Of a DNA stretch of 64,000 nucleotides, positions 1-14,300 are shown one piece after another; within the stretch, counting starts at the first letter, position 1, and every line of letters starts with the position of its first letter. The position numbers were made by a program, and so were the translations under genes. The stretch lies in NCBI RefSeq assembly GCF_964204645.1, contig NC_134028.1, forward strand, positions 8,370,001-8,434,000, read 5' to 3'. Origin of the DNA: Tubulanus polymorphus. Its lineage: Eukaryota; Animalia; Nemertea. A model generated the notes under the pieces. The model was given only the letters and a program-made list of their open reading frames with translations. It was not told the origin of the DNA and made no database searches.

Positions 1-581
1 GACTCTAAAATAAGGACAAGAGAACCACTGAGTTCACATCTACCTAAGGCTACTCAGGGCATGGGCCCCGCAGACAAGAATAAGCAGAGGGGATTCTTTT
101 CCGTGATATATTCCTAATCATCAGCCTAAATTGAAGGATGTACGACAAATTTTAATGGCTTTTAGTTTTCTTCGAAATATTTTCAATATTGCAACTACCA
201 GCAAATTTCAAGCGGAACTTATTTTGAACCATCAACCAAGAAACTCTGCCACCAGTTTTTAACACATTCGTTGCCACCGTATTTCATTTAAGTCATTACT
301 ATGAGCTAACTCTTAGTTGGCAATAGAGTGAGTACATAGTCGGCCATCGATCGAAATTAACCAATGAGCATTGAGAGCGAAGCAAGAATTTGTCCACATT
401 GCCAGCCAACCAGGAGATATGTCATTCCAACCAGGAGATATGTCATTGCCAAAGTGTAAATATTCAGTAGGATAAGTTACAAGATAAATCATAGTGGCAA
501 TGATGGCTTAACTGGAGATGCGAGAAATCTTGCAGTTGGCAGTGAATATGTTAACCCTCTGAATCCCGGATTTACCAGACT

Positions 582-699
582 ACAGGATCCAGTTTCAGTC
601 ATGAGTTAACTCAGAGTTAACTCTGAGTTAAGATTAGTCCATTTTGAATGAGTTAACTCCGAGTCAAATCTTAACTCACAACTGTGGAACTGGGTCCTG
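582..699. mobile_element. Palindromic MITE family C (gagttaactc repeats, ...actgtggaactgggtcc); copies ~21650-21763, ~50263-50328, ~50333-50420
   Basis: Shared GGATCCAGTT...AACTGGGTCC termini and internal GAGTTAACTC palindromes. Confidence 0.65.
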
Positions 700-763
700 A
701 CAGATTGGTGGCCTAAATGATTCGGTGCCGAAGAAATAGGCAGCACCGGTGAATGAAACTCAC

Positions 764-3214
764 AAGTTTACCGCACAGAATTCCACAAGTTTCTATCGAT
801 TTCGCGGTGTTCGGTTGAGCGATATTCAGGAACGTGTCCATCAGAATGTCGGGCACGATAACGTCTTTGAAACCGTGTTTATTCAAACTCTTACTGCCCG
901 TACTGGTAAAATGATCCGGCTTCGACGATCGGTCGATGATTGGAATTTCACTGCGGAAAAACAAAAAAATTCCCGAACGATATTTCATATCAACGAAAAA
1001 TAACTAAAGATCTCATTCATTCGTTGAATAAATAGACACAAGGATTGTTATACCCTTCCCCCTCACAGGGATGGATCCAAGAGGAGGTGCAGGGGGTGCA
1101 CACCCCTCAACTTGCCCTCAGATTTTAAGGGAAAATAGAATATCTTCTAATCAACTATGATATCAACTATAGAATATTTGATAAAAAGTTTTAATTCATG
1201 AGCATATTCTCTACGCTTCCAAAAATGAGCTAATGATCTGGTGCCCTTTTAATTATGATATGTCATAATTTGGGGGTATACCACCCCTCCCTGAATCAGA
1301 TCCTAGATCCGCCCTTGGCTCATGTATGCATTTTCCTTCATAAACGTTAATACGGTATATAATCCAGGGCCCGGTTCTATAGCCTGGTATTATCTTTAAC
1401 TCGGGGGCTAATTCAATTGAAAATGAATTCAGTTAGCCCCCGGGTTAAAGTTAATACCAGGCTATGAAACCCTGGATGTGTAGCAATAGGTACGTAAACT
1501 GAAAAGATTCATTTACAGGCGTTTAGTTCATGTACATACCCTCCAGGTGGTGCCGATGGACTGACTGGTGGTAACTGGTCGAACGGAGTCGGCGGACCTA
1601 ACTGATTTTTCTGCTGCTCGATTTCTTTCTCTCGTAACAATCTCAACCGTTCCGATTCCTCGAGCAAAATCTGATTCTGATCAAAATACAAAACAAACAG
1701 CATCTTTTATGTATTGATCACGACAGAAAATGTTGAATTGCACGATAATTTTAGCACGGTTGGTTCTAGGCATCTGATCCATCTTTAAACTTTATTACTG
1801 TGTAAACCGATGATACGCTTTGTAAATATTAAGGTGTAATAAAGTAATTTTGAATAAATCTACATATCGATACAGATGCAACTAGTATGGTCAATTTCCT
1901 TTTATCTCAGTTTATTAAAGTTGTTTCAGTTTTATCGCTGAAGAAATTGACACTGACATAACTGAGTATAACTTAGTGAACCAGGCGGAACCTCACAGAA
2001 TCATTGATCACCACAGTATCCTTTACGTTTACTAGCTTTAGTTGATACTAACTTGCTGATGTTTCAATTTTTCTTCTTCCTCTCTTCTTTGTCTCTCTTT
2101 CTCTTCTTGTTTCGCGAGTTCTTCTTTCACCAGTTTCGCTTTATGTTTCTTCTGAAAATGAATGCGAATACGATGAGGAAAATGTATTACGATGATAGGC
2201 CCGGCGTAAATATGACCCCTACCTACCTCTTCTTCTTTTCGTCTGGCTTCTTCTACAGCATATTTTTCTTTAAGTAGCTTCTTAACTTGTTCCGCTTTAG
2301 GAAAAACCACCTCTAATTTCTAGGAATGAATAAAATTGGCTGATATTTCAAATCTATAAATGATGTATCATACATGTAATTATAATGCAATTTCATATCT
2401 TTCTAGGACTTATTGACCCAATTTTATGACCTAATGTTGAAACTTCTACTAACGGTCTGACAAATAGAAATATATCTAGAAAGTCTTAATTTACCGGTAG
2501 TAAGATCAGATATTATCAATTGTGCGCTGTAATGTTATTTCAATGAAATCATATTCAAAAGGAATTAATTAACGTACTTTTTTGTTATTAGCCCGGTCGA
2601 CGGTTTGTGTAGTTCTGTATTCTGGATGTTTTGGTAATTTTTCGACGAATAATCTACAAAGACAAAAATTGTATTATCTCCTTCCGAGTACTCAATCTGG
2701 TTACGGTAAACCCTATTAAAACGATTTTCACTGCACGGATTTTTTTTCAATTTTGTATATACTAGATTTAATTCCAATCAACATGGAATCTGGGCTTGCA
2801 CAAAACAAACCAAAACCGATAAATATGTAAGACATCTTTGAACCCTTTCTACACCTCAGTGCGGTGTATAAAATAGTGATGGACTGCTAGTACGTCGCAA
2901 TGTTGTGTATTTATGCTATTTAGTAATTTATTTTTTATCTCTACTACGTCGACCCCTACAGAGTTAAGATATTGAACATTGTACCGTAATGCTTACGAGA
3001 TGAATTTCGAGTATAAGATAAAAGCACTCTCCAAATTGCCTTCTTCGTAGTAAACGTTGGCCATACGAATCATTTCGAGCCCCGAACGAAAATATCGCCT
3101 CGGCGGAATCGTTGGATCGACGTCGACCTGGCAGCCGTAGTCGCACAACGCGCAAACGCGTTTACCCGGATCGCGAATATCCGGGAATAATCCTTCGGCA
3201 GGAACGCGATTCAT
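764..3214 (-). CDS. STAMBP: STAM-binding protein / AMSH-like JAMM deubiquitinase, 5' part (continues beyond left edge)
   Basis: Phase-compatible GT-AG exons 3214-2997, 2653-2578, 2319-2227, 2151-2053, 1676-1540, 950-764. USP8-dimer/MIT-like N-terminus ([50 protein letters not shown]) and start of the MPN domain ([23 protein letters not shown]). Probable non-coding exon ends at donor 3834-3830. Confidence 0.93.
1066..1317. mobile_element. hAT-like MITE (CAGGGGCGGATC...GATCCGCCCCTG termini); relatives ~8680-8907, ~12539-12777, ~13515-13943, ~46837-47183
   Basis: Recurrent G(G/A)CGGATC/GATCCGCCC or GCCCGTAGCC/GGCTACGGGC inverted termini. TSDs not clearly resolvable. Confidence 0.5.
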
Positions 3215-3984
3215 CTCCGATGTATACCGTAACTGAAAAAGAAAGATAATAGAAATACATGACGAGCGTTAATAAGCAGGGTTAGGTAGAGCAAACCGTT
3301 TCTTATAAGACTTACGTTAGACACTCAATATTTTGAACGCCTAAATACAATCATGGGAGAAAAATTGAAAAAGAGCAATTTCCGTAAAAAAATTAAGGAC
3401 AAAATATCATGGGTAGTTTCATGGGAAAAGAGTCTAAAGGGCGTTGCCAGAATGCCCTTTTCTTATTTTTGTCCCGAAAATATTTGATAATAACCTCAGA
3501 TCTTGCTTGTGGGCCCTCCCTAGTAAGTGACCTAATTGTTGGTATTAGGCTCAGCTTATAATCAAATGGGCTTCGTGAAAAATATCAACAAGTTGCTGTC
3601 AACAATGATATTGATAAATCTTTTTATCGACTTGAGGGACTATAAAAAAAAATTTAGTATGATTTTATATAAATGTTTCACCGTACAGAATAGTATCTAC
3701 TCACTTGATCTACTGTTAGAATATAACAGGAATGAAAATACATGGGCTTATAATTGAAAAGATGTTCATTCAGTTGACGAACCATGTCCACAGACTTTAT
3801 AGAAGTAGACCAAGTATAGTAGAAGGGTTCTTACTTTATTCTTTGTAGAGCTAAATTTTCATGTCACTTTTGTCAAGAATATATCGATAACCAATACACA
3901 AAGCAATGACACATAAAACGGTTTTATTTATTTTTAGGCAACTGTCAAATAGACCTGTCAAATTTCGCAAAGATACACCGTCCG

Positions 3985-3999
3985 CTAGCGCCACCTACG
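3985..3999 (-). promoter_or_regulatory. CTCF-like motif in the divergent STAMBP/FAM13 promoter region
   Basis: Minus strand reads CGTAGGTGGCGCTAG, matching the AGGTGGCGCTA core of the CTCF consensus. Motif match only. Confidence 0.3.
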
Positions 4000-5362
4000 A
4001 TACCGAAATTCTGCTAAATTTTACGATTTCACTAACTTTAGGGTGGCACGTTAAAAATGACAATCACAGTTTCTGAACTGATCATACACTCTTTGGTACC
4101 TGTCGTATCTTTAACAGTCTAACCGATAAATATCGATAAATTGAGGCCTCAGCGCGATTTTAGATTGTACTTATTTCCTACTTTGTGCGGACTGCGGAAC
4201 GGACATAGAATAGGATAGCGAATTGAGTCTCAAATTTCTTACGCTCGTCGTGGTTCTCTATTTCAAATCTAGAATCAATCATAGAATCGTATTGGCTACT
4301 GTTGGCGTATCATATCCAGATCATTAGATGCAACAGTAGTTTCACTGTGTGGAATACGGGACGGTCATTCAATAAAATTGAATTAACTTGACAAAATTCT
4401 ATTTCGCCCTTTAAGCGCCCCTTTCTTAAGATCCCTGTACCATTCTATTGTCAAAAATACTCGTTCGATATCAGCTAACCATTGATCCCCCTTATTGCCT
4501 TATATCCATCTAATTAACGAGCAATTGTTAATGAAAAGTGCGGTAACTGTAATTGCGGCTTGTGATTGGTCGAATTCTCTAGCAGGCATTTTGTATGTCA
4601 ACAACTGACAACTCTCTGAAATCTGGAATTATCACTAGGAATTTGAACTGTTTCCAGGTTCCACTTTGATTTAGGAATATATCTGCCGTTTTTGTAAGTA
4701 CCGTCCTCGTCGTATGAATGTCTGTTTCATTGTCGTTAAAGATTGTTGTTGAAAAACGTGTGGTTGTCAACAAGAAGATGACTGAAAAAAAAACCAGACT
4801 CAGAAAATCGAGATTCTTCACCATGCACTAATTTAATTAAAAAAACCTAAATTAAATTTTATTATTGCTATCTACGAACTCAATCTGAAGCGTTTACTGT
4901 GAATGGACCATTCACTTTTAAGCATTAAATTGTACCGGGGTAAGGCCTTTAGTCAGTAACCTGTCTGTGGTCGTGGTTTAGTTTCATGATCATGGGATAT
5001 TTTCACAAACCACATCTAGGCCTAATTGGTTGGTATAAGCCCATCCAATTATAAAAGCTGCCTTCATCAACGATTAGGACACTAACTATCTATATAGCCA
5101 GCTGAAAGTAGGCCTAAAACTTTGATGAATCAGTAGGCCTAGTCACGATATCCACGTTGAATGACTTAATGATTTGAGATCGAAGAAGGGTTTGTCAAAC
5201 CATCAGGTCGAAGAAACTGTCCTTGTAAAACTTATGAATTTTATGATGTTTTCAGATCGAAAGTTTGAACGGCGCGCCAAAGTGAGATTTTAATAGGACC
5301 TAGAAAAGAAGATAAACAGGACAATTCAGTAAATTTCCTTGGATAAAATGTTTTTATAAATA

Positions 5363-8300
5363 ATGCAAAAAGATCAAATGGTTCGTTCAGTTAAATCAAA
5401 AATGGGATCGTCTTCAAAAAATTCAGAGGTAAGAACTTTTTCCATTTCTACGCTTAGTTTTGTCTTCGTGAACCAGTAAGCTCAGTAGGAAAAAATCAAA
5501 TTTTAATCACTCTTGAGGAAATGTCAATTAACCGTAGTTAAAACTGCTACTTCAGAAAATCTATCTTATCGCTGATCTGATGGCAAGATCCTGCAATTAT
5601 ACAGTAAACCCTGCCTTACTCGGACATGGCCAACTCAGACTTTTGACTAACTCGAATTATATTTCTGACTTTCCTAATGTATTTTCCTATCCTTAACTCG
5701 GACTTTCGCTTACCACGGACCTATTTTCCAGTCGCAGTTTGTCCGAGTTAGGCGAGGTTTAGGCCTACTGTAGTACGCATTTGATGCTACAATATTTTGG
5801 GCGTCAAACTAGACAGGCTAAACATCGCATAGGGTGTGGCAACTTTTTTTGCATTCGATTAAAAATGCTGAAATGTTGAGGGCACATATATACATGGGAC
5901 ATACGCCTAACACCTCATAACTTTTTTTGACAGATTAGCACGATAAGGTCTTCTTATTTGAAATTGAACCAAAAGAAATATTGGTTCGACTAATGCCAGC
6001 CAGACCAGTCGAACTTTTTTCTGCGACAACATTAAATTCCATCGTTGGATTTCCCTATCAATTTGTTGTTTTTAATATCCACTGATTAGAAGGTGTATTT
6101 ATGACCTGGGCGGGCCTATAGGCCTAGATAGTGTACCTTGGTCCACATTTCTGGGTTGAATATTTAGCTAGAAGCCTACTTAGGCCTTGAAATGATTTAT
6201 CAAAATAATGGAGGCCAGTTGCTCAAAAGTTGGTTAAAGCTAACTGGTGGATAGTTGAAATGGTGACAATTGTTACAAGGGTATTTATTCACCAGTTGTT
6301 TTATCTTAAACCACCCTTTGAGCAACTGGCCCCCTGATTTTTGATTCACAACTGTAGAGCTGTGACATTTGATCGACTTTTGTCTCACTCAAATTTGCTA
6401 GTATTGCTTAATGAAATTAACATTTGAGATTGATAAATTGTGCAGCAACTGGACAATTAGATTGTGTTAGAAAAAAACATGCATTTGGCCTCCTATGGGC
6501 ACTAATTTTCATAGGCCTATCTAATATGATTGCCTATCTCTGATTAATGTCTGATCAATATTCAGGTTATTTATTTCATAATATCCAATGGACTTTTTTT
6601 GTCGTAAATCTCGCTATATTTTGACACACGTATCGATAAACTAACCTCTTGACTTTTGGCACTCCTTTTTGCTTCAGGCTCACTAAACATACTCAAGGTT
6701 AGTCCTATTTTATTTGCATGGTTTTTGTCGTGGTGTTTGTTTGTTTCTTCCGATGATGTTCGTGCGGTGTTTGGTTCTACGCTTTTGTTTAGCTGTATTA
6801 TTGTTTTTAGCAATTTTTTATCGATGTGAATATTTTCAGTATGAATTGTTTTTTCGGAAGCGTTTCAGCATTTGTTGTTTCATTGTTCGTTGCTCCTATT
6901 CGTTGACTTTTTATCAGGGGCGGCAGATCCCAGTTTGTTCCTATTTCGAGGCAGTATTTGAGGGGAAACTAACGGCCCTAAAGCCAATTGATATTTCATG
7001 CAACTGCGAAATTATTTGAAACTCGTCGCTTGATTGTGGGTTTAATTGGAATGCGAAATCAATTTCGTACATTCATTCATTCATTTCAGTTTTTTAGTCG
7101 CAAGCATCCAAGTTGCAAAATGCCAAGCATGATCGATGAACCGTAGAAAATCTTTTGTTCCTGTAAAATCGCTGCACGCTCCAACTAGTGACATTAAAAG
7201 CGATGTTGTAAAATGCACATGCACGCGTTATCGTAAGATTTTTAGTCTCAAATTCAAAGTTCACCTCTACCTGCAATTGGCTCTCAACAGTCGCCTGCCT
7301 GCATCAGGCTAGAGCTCTATTTTGGGGTCAAGGCGCCTCGGAAAACTTTTGAAATTACTGGTTTTACGGAGAATACGGCACTACACCGGTTTTCTGGGCC
7401 CAGTTTTATAGAATGCGATTAACTTAAACCCGCGGGCTAACTCAATTAAAAATGAACTGAGTTAGCCCTGGGTTCAAGTTGATACCAGTCTATAAAACTG
7501 GGCCTTGTTGGCTATATAGGGGGGCATGTGAATTGTAGTACTGCTAAAAATGTGGACTCCAGGGGTCAGTTGCTCAAAAGTTGGTTAAAGATAACCAGTG
7601 GATAGATACCATAGTAACAATGACCTTTCAATTGTCACTATGTCAACCTACGAGCAATTTGCTCGCCAACCTTTGAGCAACTGGCCCCAGACTACAAAGC
7701 AAAGCAGTTTGATCCGCCCCTGTTAAATGTCAATTTTTGAAAACCTTATCAAAATTCCTGATTAGTTAGTAGTGCCTGCTGCTATTGTGAAACTAATTAT
7801 ATAATTAATTTCCGGGTTGTTGATGTTTTTCCTGGTTCGGGGTCGCAGCCCTATCGCGGCGATACATCGGTGACATTTTTTATCCGCTTATGAAACTCGC
7901 GTTTAATTGAATCCTTTAATGTCACCCGAGGCCCGACCCGACCGGCAGCTGTTACTTGACTTCCTGGTTCAAATGTTAAATCGATTGTATTGTTCTTCGA
8001 ATTTGGAAAAATTGATTGATCGCTCTAATATGCCTTTTTGATATTTCCTGGCAGTATTCAAAGATTAGTTATGCTGAATTCTTTTACAGTATTTTAATAT
8101 CACTTACTATTCACGTGTTATATTTTAAGCATTTGCCTGAAATATATCGGGCTGAATCATGGAAAAAACTGGTTTTTAATCCTATTTATTTTTACTTTCC
8201 TTTAATATATTGTTAAGTACTAGTCAAGAGGTGAATCTGCACTGGTTAGACACATTCTTATCAGACCGGCAATGTTTTCGAAATAGTTATGAATCAAACC

Positions 8301-11300
8301 GTATGGAATACGTAGGCCTCGGCCTATATGAAATAGATATACGATATCATATTTTTTTCTTCACGATGTCTTCGTCATTTTTGTAATGTTGACCTATCAA
8401 CATTCATACCGAATTATCAGCAGGTCTTTCCTGGAATTTGAACCTGGCGGGATCGAGAATGCCACACCATGAAACCCTGCCTGATTAGGGTACATGCTCA
8501 GCTCAGCCGTACGAAAATGTGTCGTACCAATCAGTATTGTAATCACTGCGGCAAACTCACGGATATCCATAGATAGAATAACCCAGGCTAAAATAAAAAC
8601 ACAAATTCTGATTGGCTGATGAGGGTTCTACACTGCAACAAAGTTTTGATGGCATCAGGTTCGAATCCCTGTTTAGGGAGCAAGGGCGGACGGATTCTTT
8701 GAAGACCTTGTTGGAATGGGCACTAAATGCGAAAAGGGCAGATTTAGCAATGGCTGCTCGCAAAACGTTGACGGGGGTTCTGGTGGCTCTCCCACAGAAA
8801 ATTTAGGATAAACAGAAAAAATGTTTTCCAGGCTTTTTGGAGGGCACATTCGAATTTTGAAGGGCGTGGACCAATCCACCCGGTCCACCCTCCTAAATCC
8901 GCCCTTGGGGAAGATGGACCGGCTGATAGCTTTTAGGAGAAATGTCTAATATAGTTCCATCTAACAAGAATGATCCCAAGGATGTTTCAGTTATTTTTAG
9001 CCAAATGGTCTCTCATGTAGGTACATTATGTACATGGGTACATTATTAGTCAAACTCTGTTATGGTAAATGGTCATCGAGTCGTCCCATTATTTTGGACA
9101 TCCTTAATTTGTATTTCCAATTCGACCTTCAAGTTTAAGTCGTCATTTTAATGGATAAGTTATCAACATAATGTCTATCCCCCCTCACAAAAGGATTGAA
9201 TCCGAGATTCCAATTTCTATGTCTGATTCTACTTTCCAAACTAACTTTGAAATAGTCCTCGCTGATAAGGGATTATTGAAAAAAAATGACAAATCTGAAT
9301 TGGTCTGTTGCATGCCCGACTGCTATATATGTGATATATTTTTTATGTTAACAGCGGAGTCAATGTATTATAACATACTGTAATAACAACAGCTCTGGTG
9401 AAATTATGTGAAATGTGTATGGAAATAGTGCATGCAAATTGTCTATTTGTCCTCGGAGAGTCAGTCGGTCCTGTGTCCTGTAAGCATGATTGCGGATTAA
9501 TGCGGGAATATTATCCGAGCCGTTTCTGTCATTATGTAATATGAACCATCTACCATCAACTGCAGATATGCATGTACTGAAACCACTGAAACTGCATAAA
9601 CAAAAATGACGGCTGTCAAAATTGAAATTTACCATGCCACCAGTTGTCGTGTGTAATTTATCGTAAACAATTTTGAAATTGTGTGCTCTCAAAAGTTTTG
9701 CGCTGCATTTCGCTGTATTGACATGCGTCATTACGCAAGAACTGATGATAGCGGCTAGTATATCAATTTCAGATGAGAAAAACATTGATTTATCGCGATG
9801 AATACCACTGTCTGTATGATAGCGGATTACTTGAACTATCAAAATCATAATTTTCCCCTTGCAAGACCCTGGATTCATCTAGGAACGGAAAAATTCCATT
9901 TTAAATTCGAATAGATTTGACAAAGACGATAAAGAGCCGCTTGCGAATGGTGCAGATATGTAGTAAATATGGTTCTATGATGCATACACGCTTGCTACTG
10001 CTCCCAGCTCCCTTTGCTGAGTGTATTCTTCAGCTCGTGTGCGTTTATGAGAAACAACAAACTCGCTTGTTTTCTTTGTTTCCCTGCGTCGGTTCGATTT
10101 ACAAGAAACATGTTTGACCGTTGAAACGCGGAAACATGCTTGTTTCCGTGTGTCTCTTTGTCATGCGTGTTTACGAGAAACAGGAAAGCTTGTTTCCTTG
10201 TTTCCCTGCATCCGGTGCATTTACGAGAAACATGTTTTATTGTTGAACAAGAGAAACAGGCTTGTTTCCGTGTGTCCCTTTGTCATGTGCGTTTATGAGA
10301 AACAAGAAACAGGCTTGTTTCTGTGTGTCCCTGTATTGGTTGCATTTACAGGAAACATGTTCGATTCCGCTTTGCGTGAGTTGGGATTTACAAGTGCATT
10401 TTTATGGGGTATTATATAGGCCTATTCGGGGTGACCAGTAGGCTGATACAATTTTTTTCATCTTCGTTTCTTTGATGAAAACGCTGGAAAAATCTATTCC
10501 AATCATCCTCAATTGTTGGGTTTTCACTTATCAGCCTATTCCGGGTATTCAGGAATATCCTCTCGGTTTTCTTTTCGAAAAAATTGCCCTTGAAAAATCG
10601 AAAGCCGATTGTTTTGAGCTGTAATTTAACGATATTCACGAGCTCCAATCATGCCTTTACTATGGGATGATTACAGTTATTTTTTTCAATTTTCTGTTCA
10701 TGAATTCATGACTGGTCTGAATTTCCGTAACCTAGTTGCGCATTGAATCGTTCGCTTTTACTCTCGTAGTAGTCGTATTCATAGGCATTTTGATGGACAA
10801 TGAAAGAGAAATTTTTTTTGCAGTTGTTATGGAATTCGTTTCTTTGTGTAGTCGGAGCGGTATTGCTAAGAATGACGTCACTGCCTACACGAGTTTACGT
10901 ACCTAACGTTACGAAAACAAATGAAAAAATAAAAACTAGCCGCGCGCGACTAGGAAAATTCTACTTCATAAATGACTCAATCGGCGAAAAGTTTTCTAAC
11001 AGGCGCCGCCTTGACTTATCGGCGAATTTTGCTGTAGGGAAAATGAACCGCTAATGATAAAAACGTATATAAAGCTCGAACGCTCGTTAACGCAATGTGT
11101 TCGACGCATGCACGTATTATGAATTTTTTCGACTTCGTTCCCATCGCCGCTGGTGGACTAGGCTAGTACCGCCCGAACTAAACCGCCAGGTCTGTATACG
11201 TTATTTTTTGTGCCGCGATACTTTCCGGAAAAATCGTCACCTTCGAAAAAAAGGAAATTCGGGATCGCATTTCTGGCCTCTCCTTAACATTCTCTGAATG

Positions 11301-14300
11301 TCGTCTGTATATCGTCAGAGTTAAGTAACGTAGGTGTGCGTTATCGGTGTCTGTTATTTTCGTTTCGCGTTCTGTTTTGATGTACGGTATCGATTGACAT
11401 TTTCGTAAATTGTGTAAAACGCCGCCGTAAATGAAATAACCGATATCTGAAATATATGACTTATTCGTTGGTTGGTTTTTTCGCATTCGTGGAACTGTTT
11501 GCGTGTACGTAGCCCTGGAAAATGCTTTTAAAATTGTTATCTTTAGATCAGTGTTTTGTGACTGCATTGTGTTTACATATATACACAAAGTCTTGTAGTT
11601 TTACTTATCACCTATACATGTATTTAGGGTATATTTTCCTTTTCATATAAAGTCGTGATCAGATTCTTTGATAGGGCATCGAGCTTTTTGCTGGGTTTTA
11701 GGTGGTCCTTGGCAATGTGTCTCCAAGCCTTTGGCTCGGGTCTCTGGATTGTCATTGAACATTCCTCAACTCCTGGATTCCATTGCAGCACACATTTCGC
11801 AATGTGGCATTAAGGAATGCTTATAACGCAAAAAAAAACATAATATAATGAAAAACTACTGGTACACAGGGCCAATTCAATGGGCCATTTTCAAAAACTG
11901 TTTTTGAAAGTTACTTCATTGATATCGGACAATCACTCGTCTTTAGAAACCAACATTTGAAATCTTGTGATTATTGAAAGATTTGAAAGGTTTCGAACTG
12001 CTCTGAAATTTCTGATGTTGGGACTGAGGAAAATGATGTCAACATAAAAGAGTTGCGCTTGAATATAAAGAATGAAACTACTTTCAACGTAAGGCAGGGC
12101 TCGGCTAATTTGCGGTTGTTGTCTGAATTCTCTGAAATCTTATGATTATTTATAGATTTGAAAGTTTTGGAAATTTCTGTACATGTTGTCACCATCGAAA
12201 ATGATGTAAACGCTTGATGAAAAGAACGACCGGCTTTCAGCAATTTTGCGGTAGTTCGCGAGCCTGAATACATTAAGACCGGGCGTGTGTGGCTATTCAG
12301 TAGCGAGAGTTGTGTACGTTTGATAGAGAAATGTGTACGGTTAGATTTGATGGGTGATCTATGACTCAAATTTCCGGTTCATCTGATTCTCATCAGTTCA
12401 GCATCGGCTACCAGCGTAGAATTTTAACCCGTTCATAGCTGATCCGGATCACTGGCTGATTGATATTATGTACGTTGCTTGTGTAGGTTTAATATCGAAA
12501 GGTGAAAGCACAGGAGCGAGTCTATGAAATTTGGAAGGCAGGTAGGGGTTCCGGAAAATTGACAAAAGCATTTTTTTATAAAGCAGGCCATCGTCAGTAG
12601 TGGAATCCCACCTTGGTGTTAGACATTTTTGGAGAAATACATGCGGAAATTTGCAATTTCCGAGAGGACGTGTGTTGAATTTACATATTTTAATGACCTA
12701 TGTCTTGACGAATAGGGCAACCCCAATGTGAAGGCAGGGGTCCAGATCACCGAGACCACCCCTTATATCCGCCCCTGGTGCAATGTTGTCATTGGTAGAT
12801 GTTGCGGCTTATGGCTCTTTTGCTTTGGTATTTTGATGACGACCCAGGGGCCAAGTCATGGCTTAGACTTAAGACCAGTCTAAAACTGACTTAATTCCAT
12901 AGCCTATCTAACAACAATTGACCAGTCTTACGATTTAAGACCACTTTTAGACTTAAGTCACGACTGTGCAACTTGGCCCTGGCAGTAGTCGGCCATTTTG
13001 ACATTTGTTGGTTACTGTTTTCCTATTCTTGAACCCAATTCGATATGTTTTTTCTTTTTTCCGAATAAATTCATAATAATTCATTCCAAAAACGAGATGC
13101 TTCGATTTCGAAAGAACTGCGCGTTGTTAGTCAGTAGCGTACACGGGAAAATCTGTGATGTCATCGTCTAAACTCGGCTGCGTGAGTCGTCTGCCGGCGG
13201 TCGTAACTCTCAGCCGGTTGTGACTCAATCGTATCTCCCTCGGCGGCTCTAATGATGACTGCGAGTCGGGCTTCGTAGAGCGTGAAAAAGCGTTTGAAAC
13301 CAGGCTGCAAATATTATACGCTTCGAAATGAAAACATAAACGATGTCGAATTCATAGATAAAATCTGAAGGTTTCGTACGGATAGTAGTTTTATGTATTT
13401 TGGTAGAATCCCTCAGATTTAAATTGATTAAAAAGTTTGCGAAAAATTTGTTAGATATATTTCGGGTGCTTGCTTTGATACTACTGCCCTTTGTCAGTCT
13501 AGAATGGTATGTATCAGTGGCAGATCCAGCCCACCACTACTACTGGTACTACTGCTTGAGCGGTACTCACGATGGTAGAAGTGCCCTTTTATTTTTAAGC
13601 ACAGTTTTTTGGAATATTATCTTATCTTTAATAACTGCCCAGGGCAGATCCAGTCTACCGGTACTACTCACGATTATAGAAGTGCCTTTCTATTTTTCTA
13701 GTTCTGGTAGAAGTGATTTATAATTGCCAATTTGGATATTCAAAAAATGGGTAAACTTCTTATTTTCAATGAATAATTTTTCTTCGACATGACAAAATGT
13801 CATTTTGTGGATACGGAGAGGACTTGGTGCCCCGAATTGATACGGATTGCATCTCCGGCCCTAAAAATACATGATATTCTATTACATAGGTGCCCTTGCA
13901 CAGATGAGCAGTACTAAAAAAACCTAGGCTAGATCCGCCCCTGCGTATCGTATCGTTTTAGAATGAAGAAGGATTATTAGTTAACTTTTTCTAATCAATT
14001 TACGATCGTGGGATTTTTACTTAACCACATCATTCGAGGATATAGCGATTATTTCAAATGATTCACGTTTCGGTATTTTTTGTCAGTCGAACCTTTGAGA
14101 TCGTTTGGGAATTTTTTATTTCGATACAAGATAGGGATGACTAATTGCATTACGTGTTGGTGTTTTTCTGTATCGTCTTCGATTTTCGACATTTGGGAAT
14201 TAGATAATTTTGATGCCAGATACAGATTGCTAATTGCGTTACTGAAAGCTTTGTAGTGTAGGTTCTCTTTGATTCACCATGTTTGGTATTGTTTCTATTG

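Noticed and set aside
6571-7019. ORFs at 6571-7019, 9360-9878 and 11971-12369 as nested genes
   Set aside because: No recognisable domains, stops in the extended frames and no coherent splice structure.
10030-10370. CRISPR-like array
   Set aside because: Eukaryotic context; degenerate tandem units without unique spacers or cas genes.
12487-12541. Alternative FAM13 coding exon MKFGRQ
   Set aside because: Phase-compatible, but the donor coincides with the decayed end of a hAT-like MITE and there is no other support.
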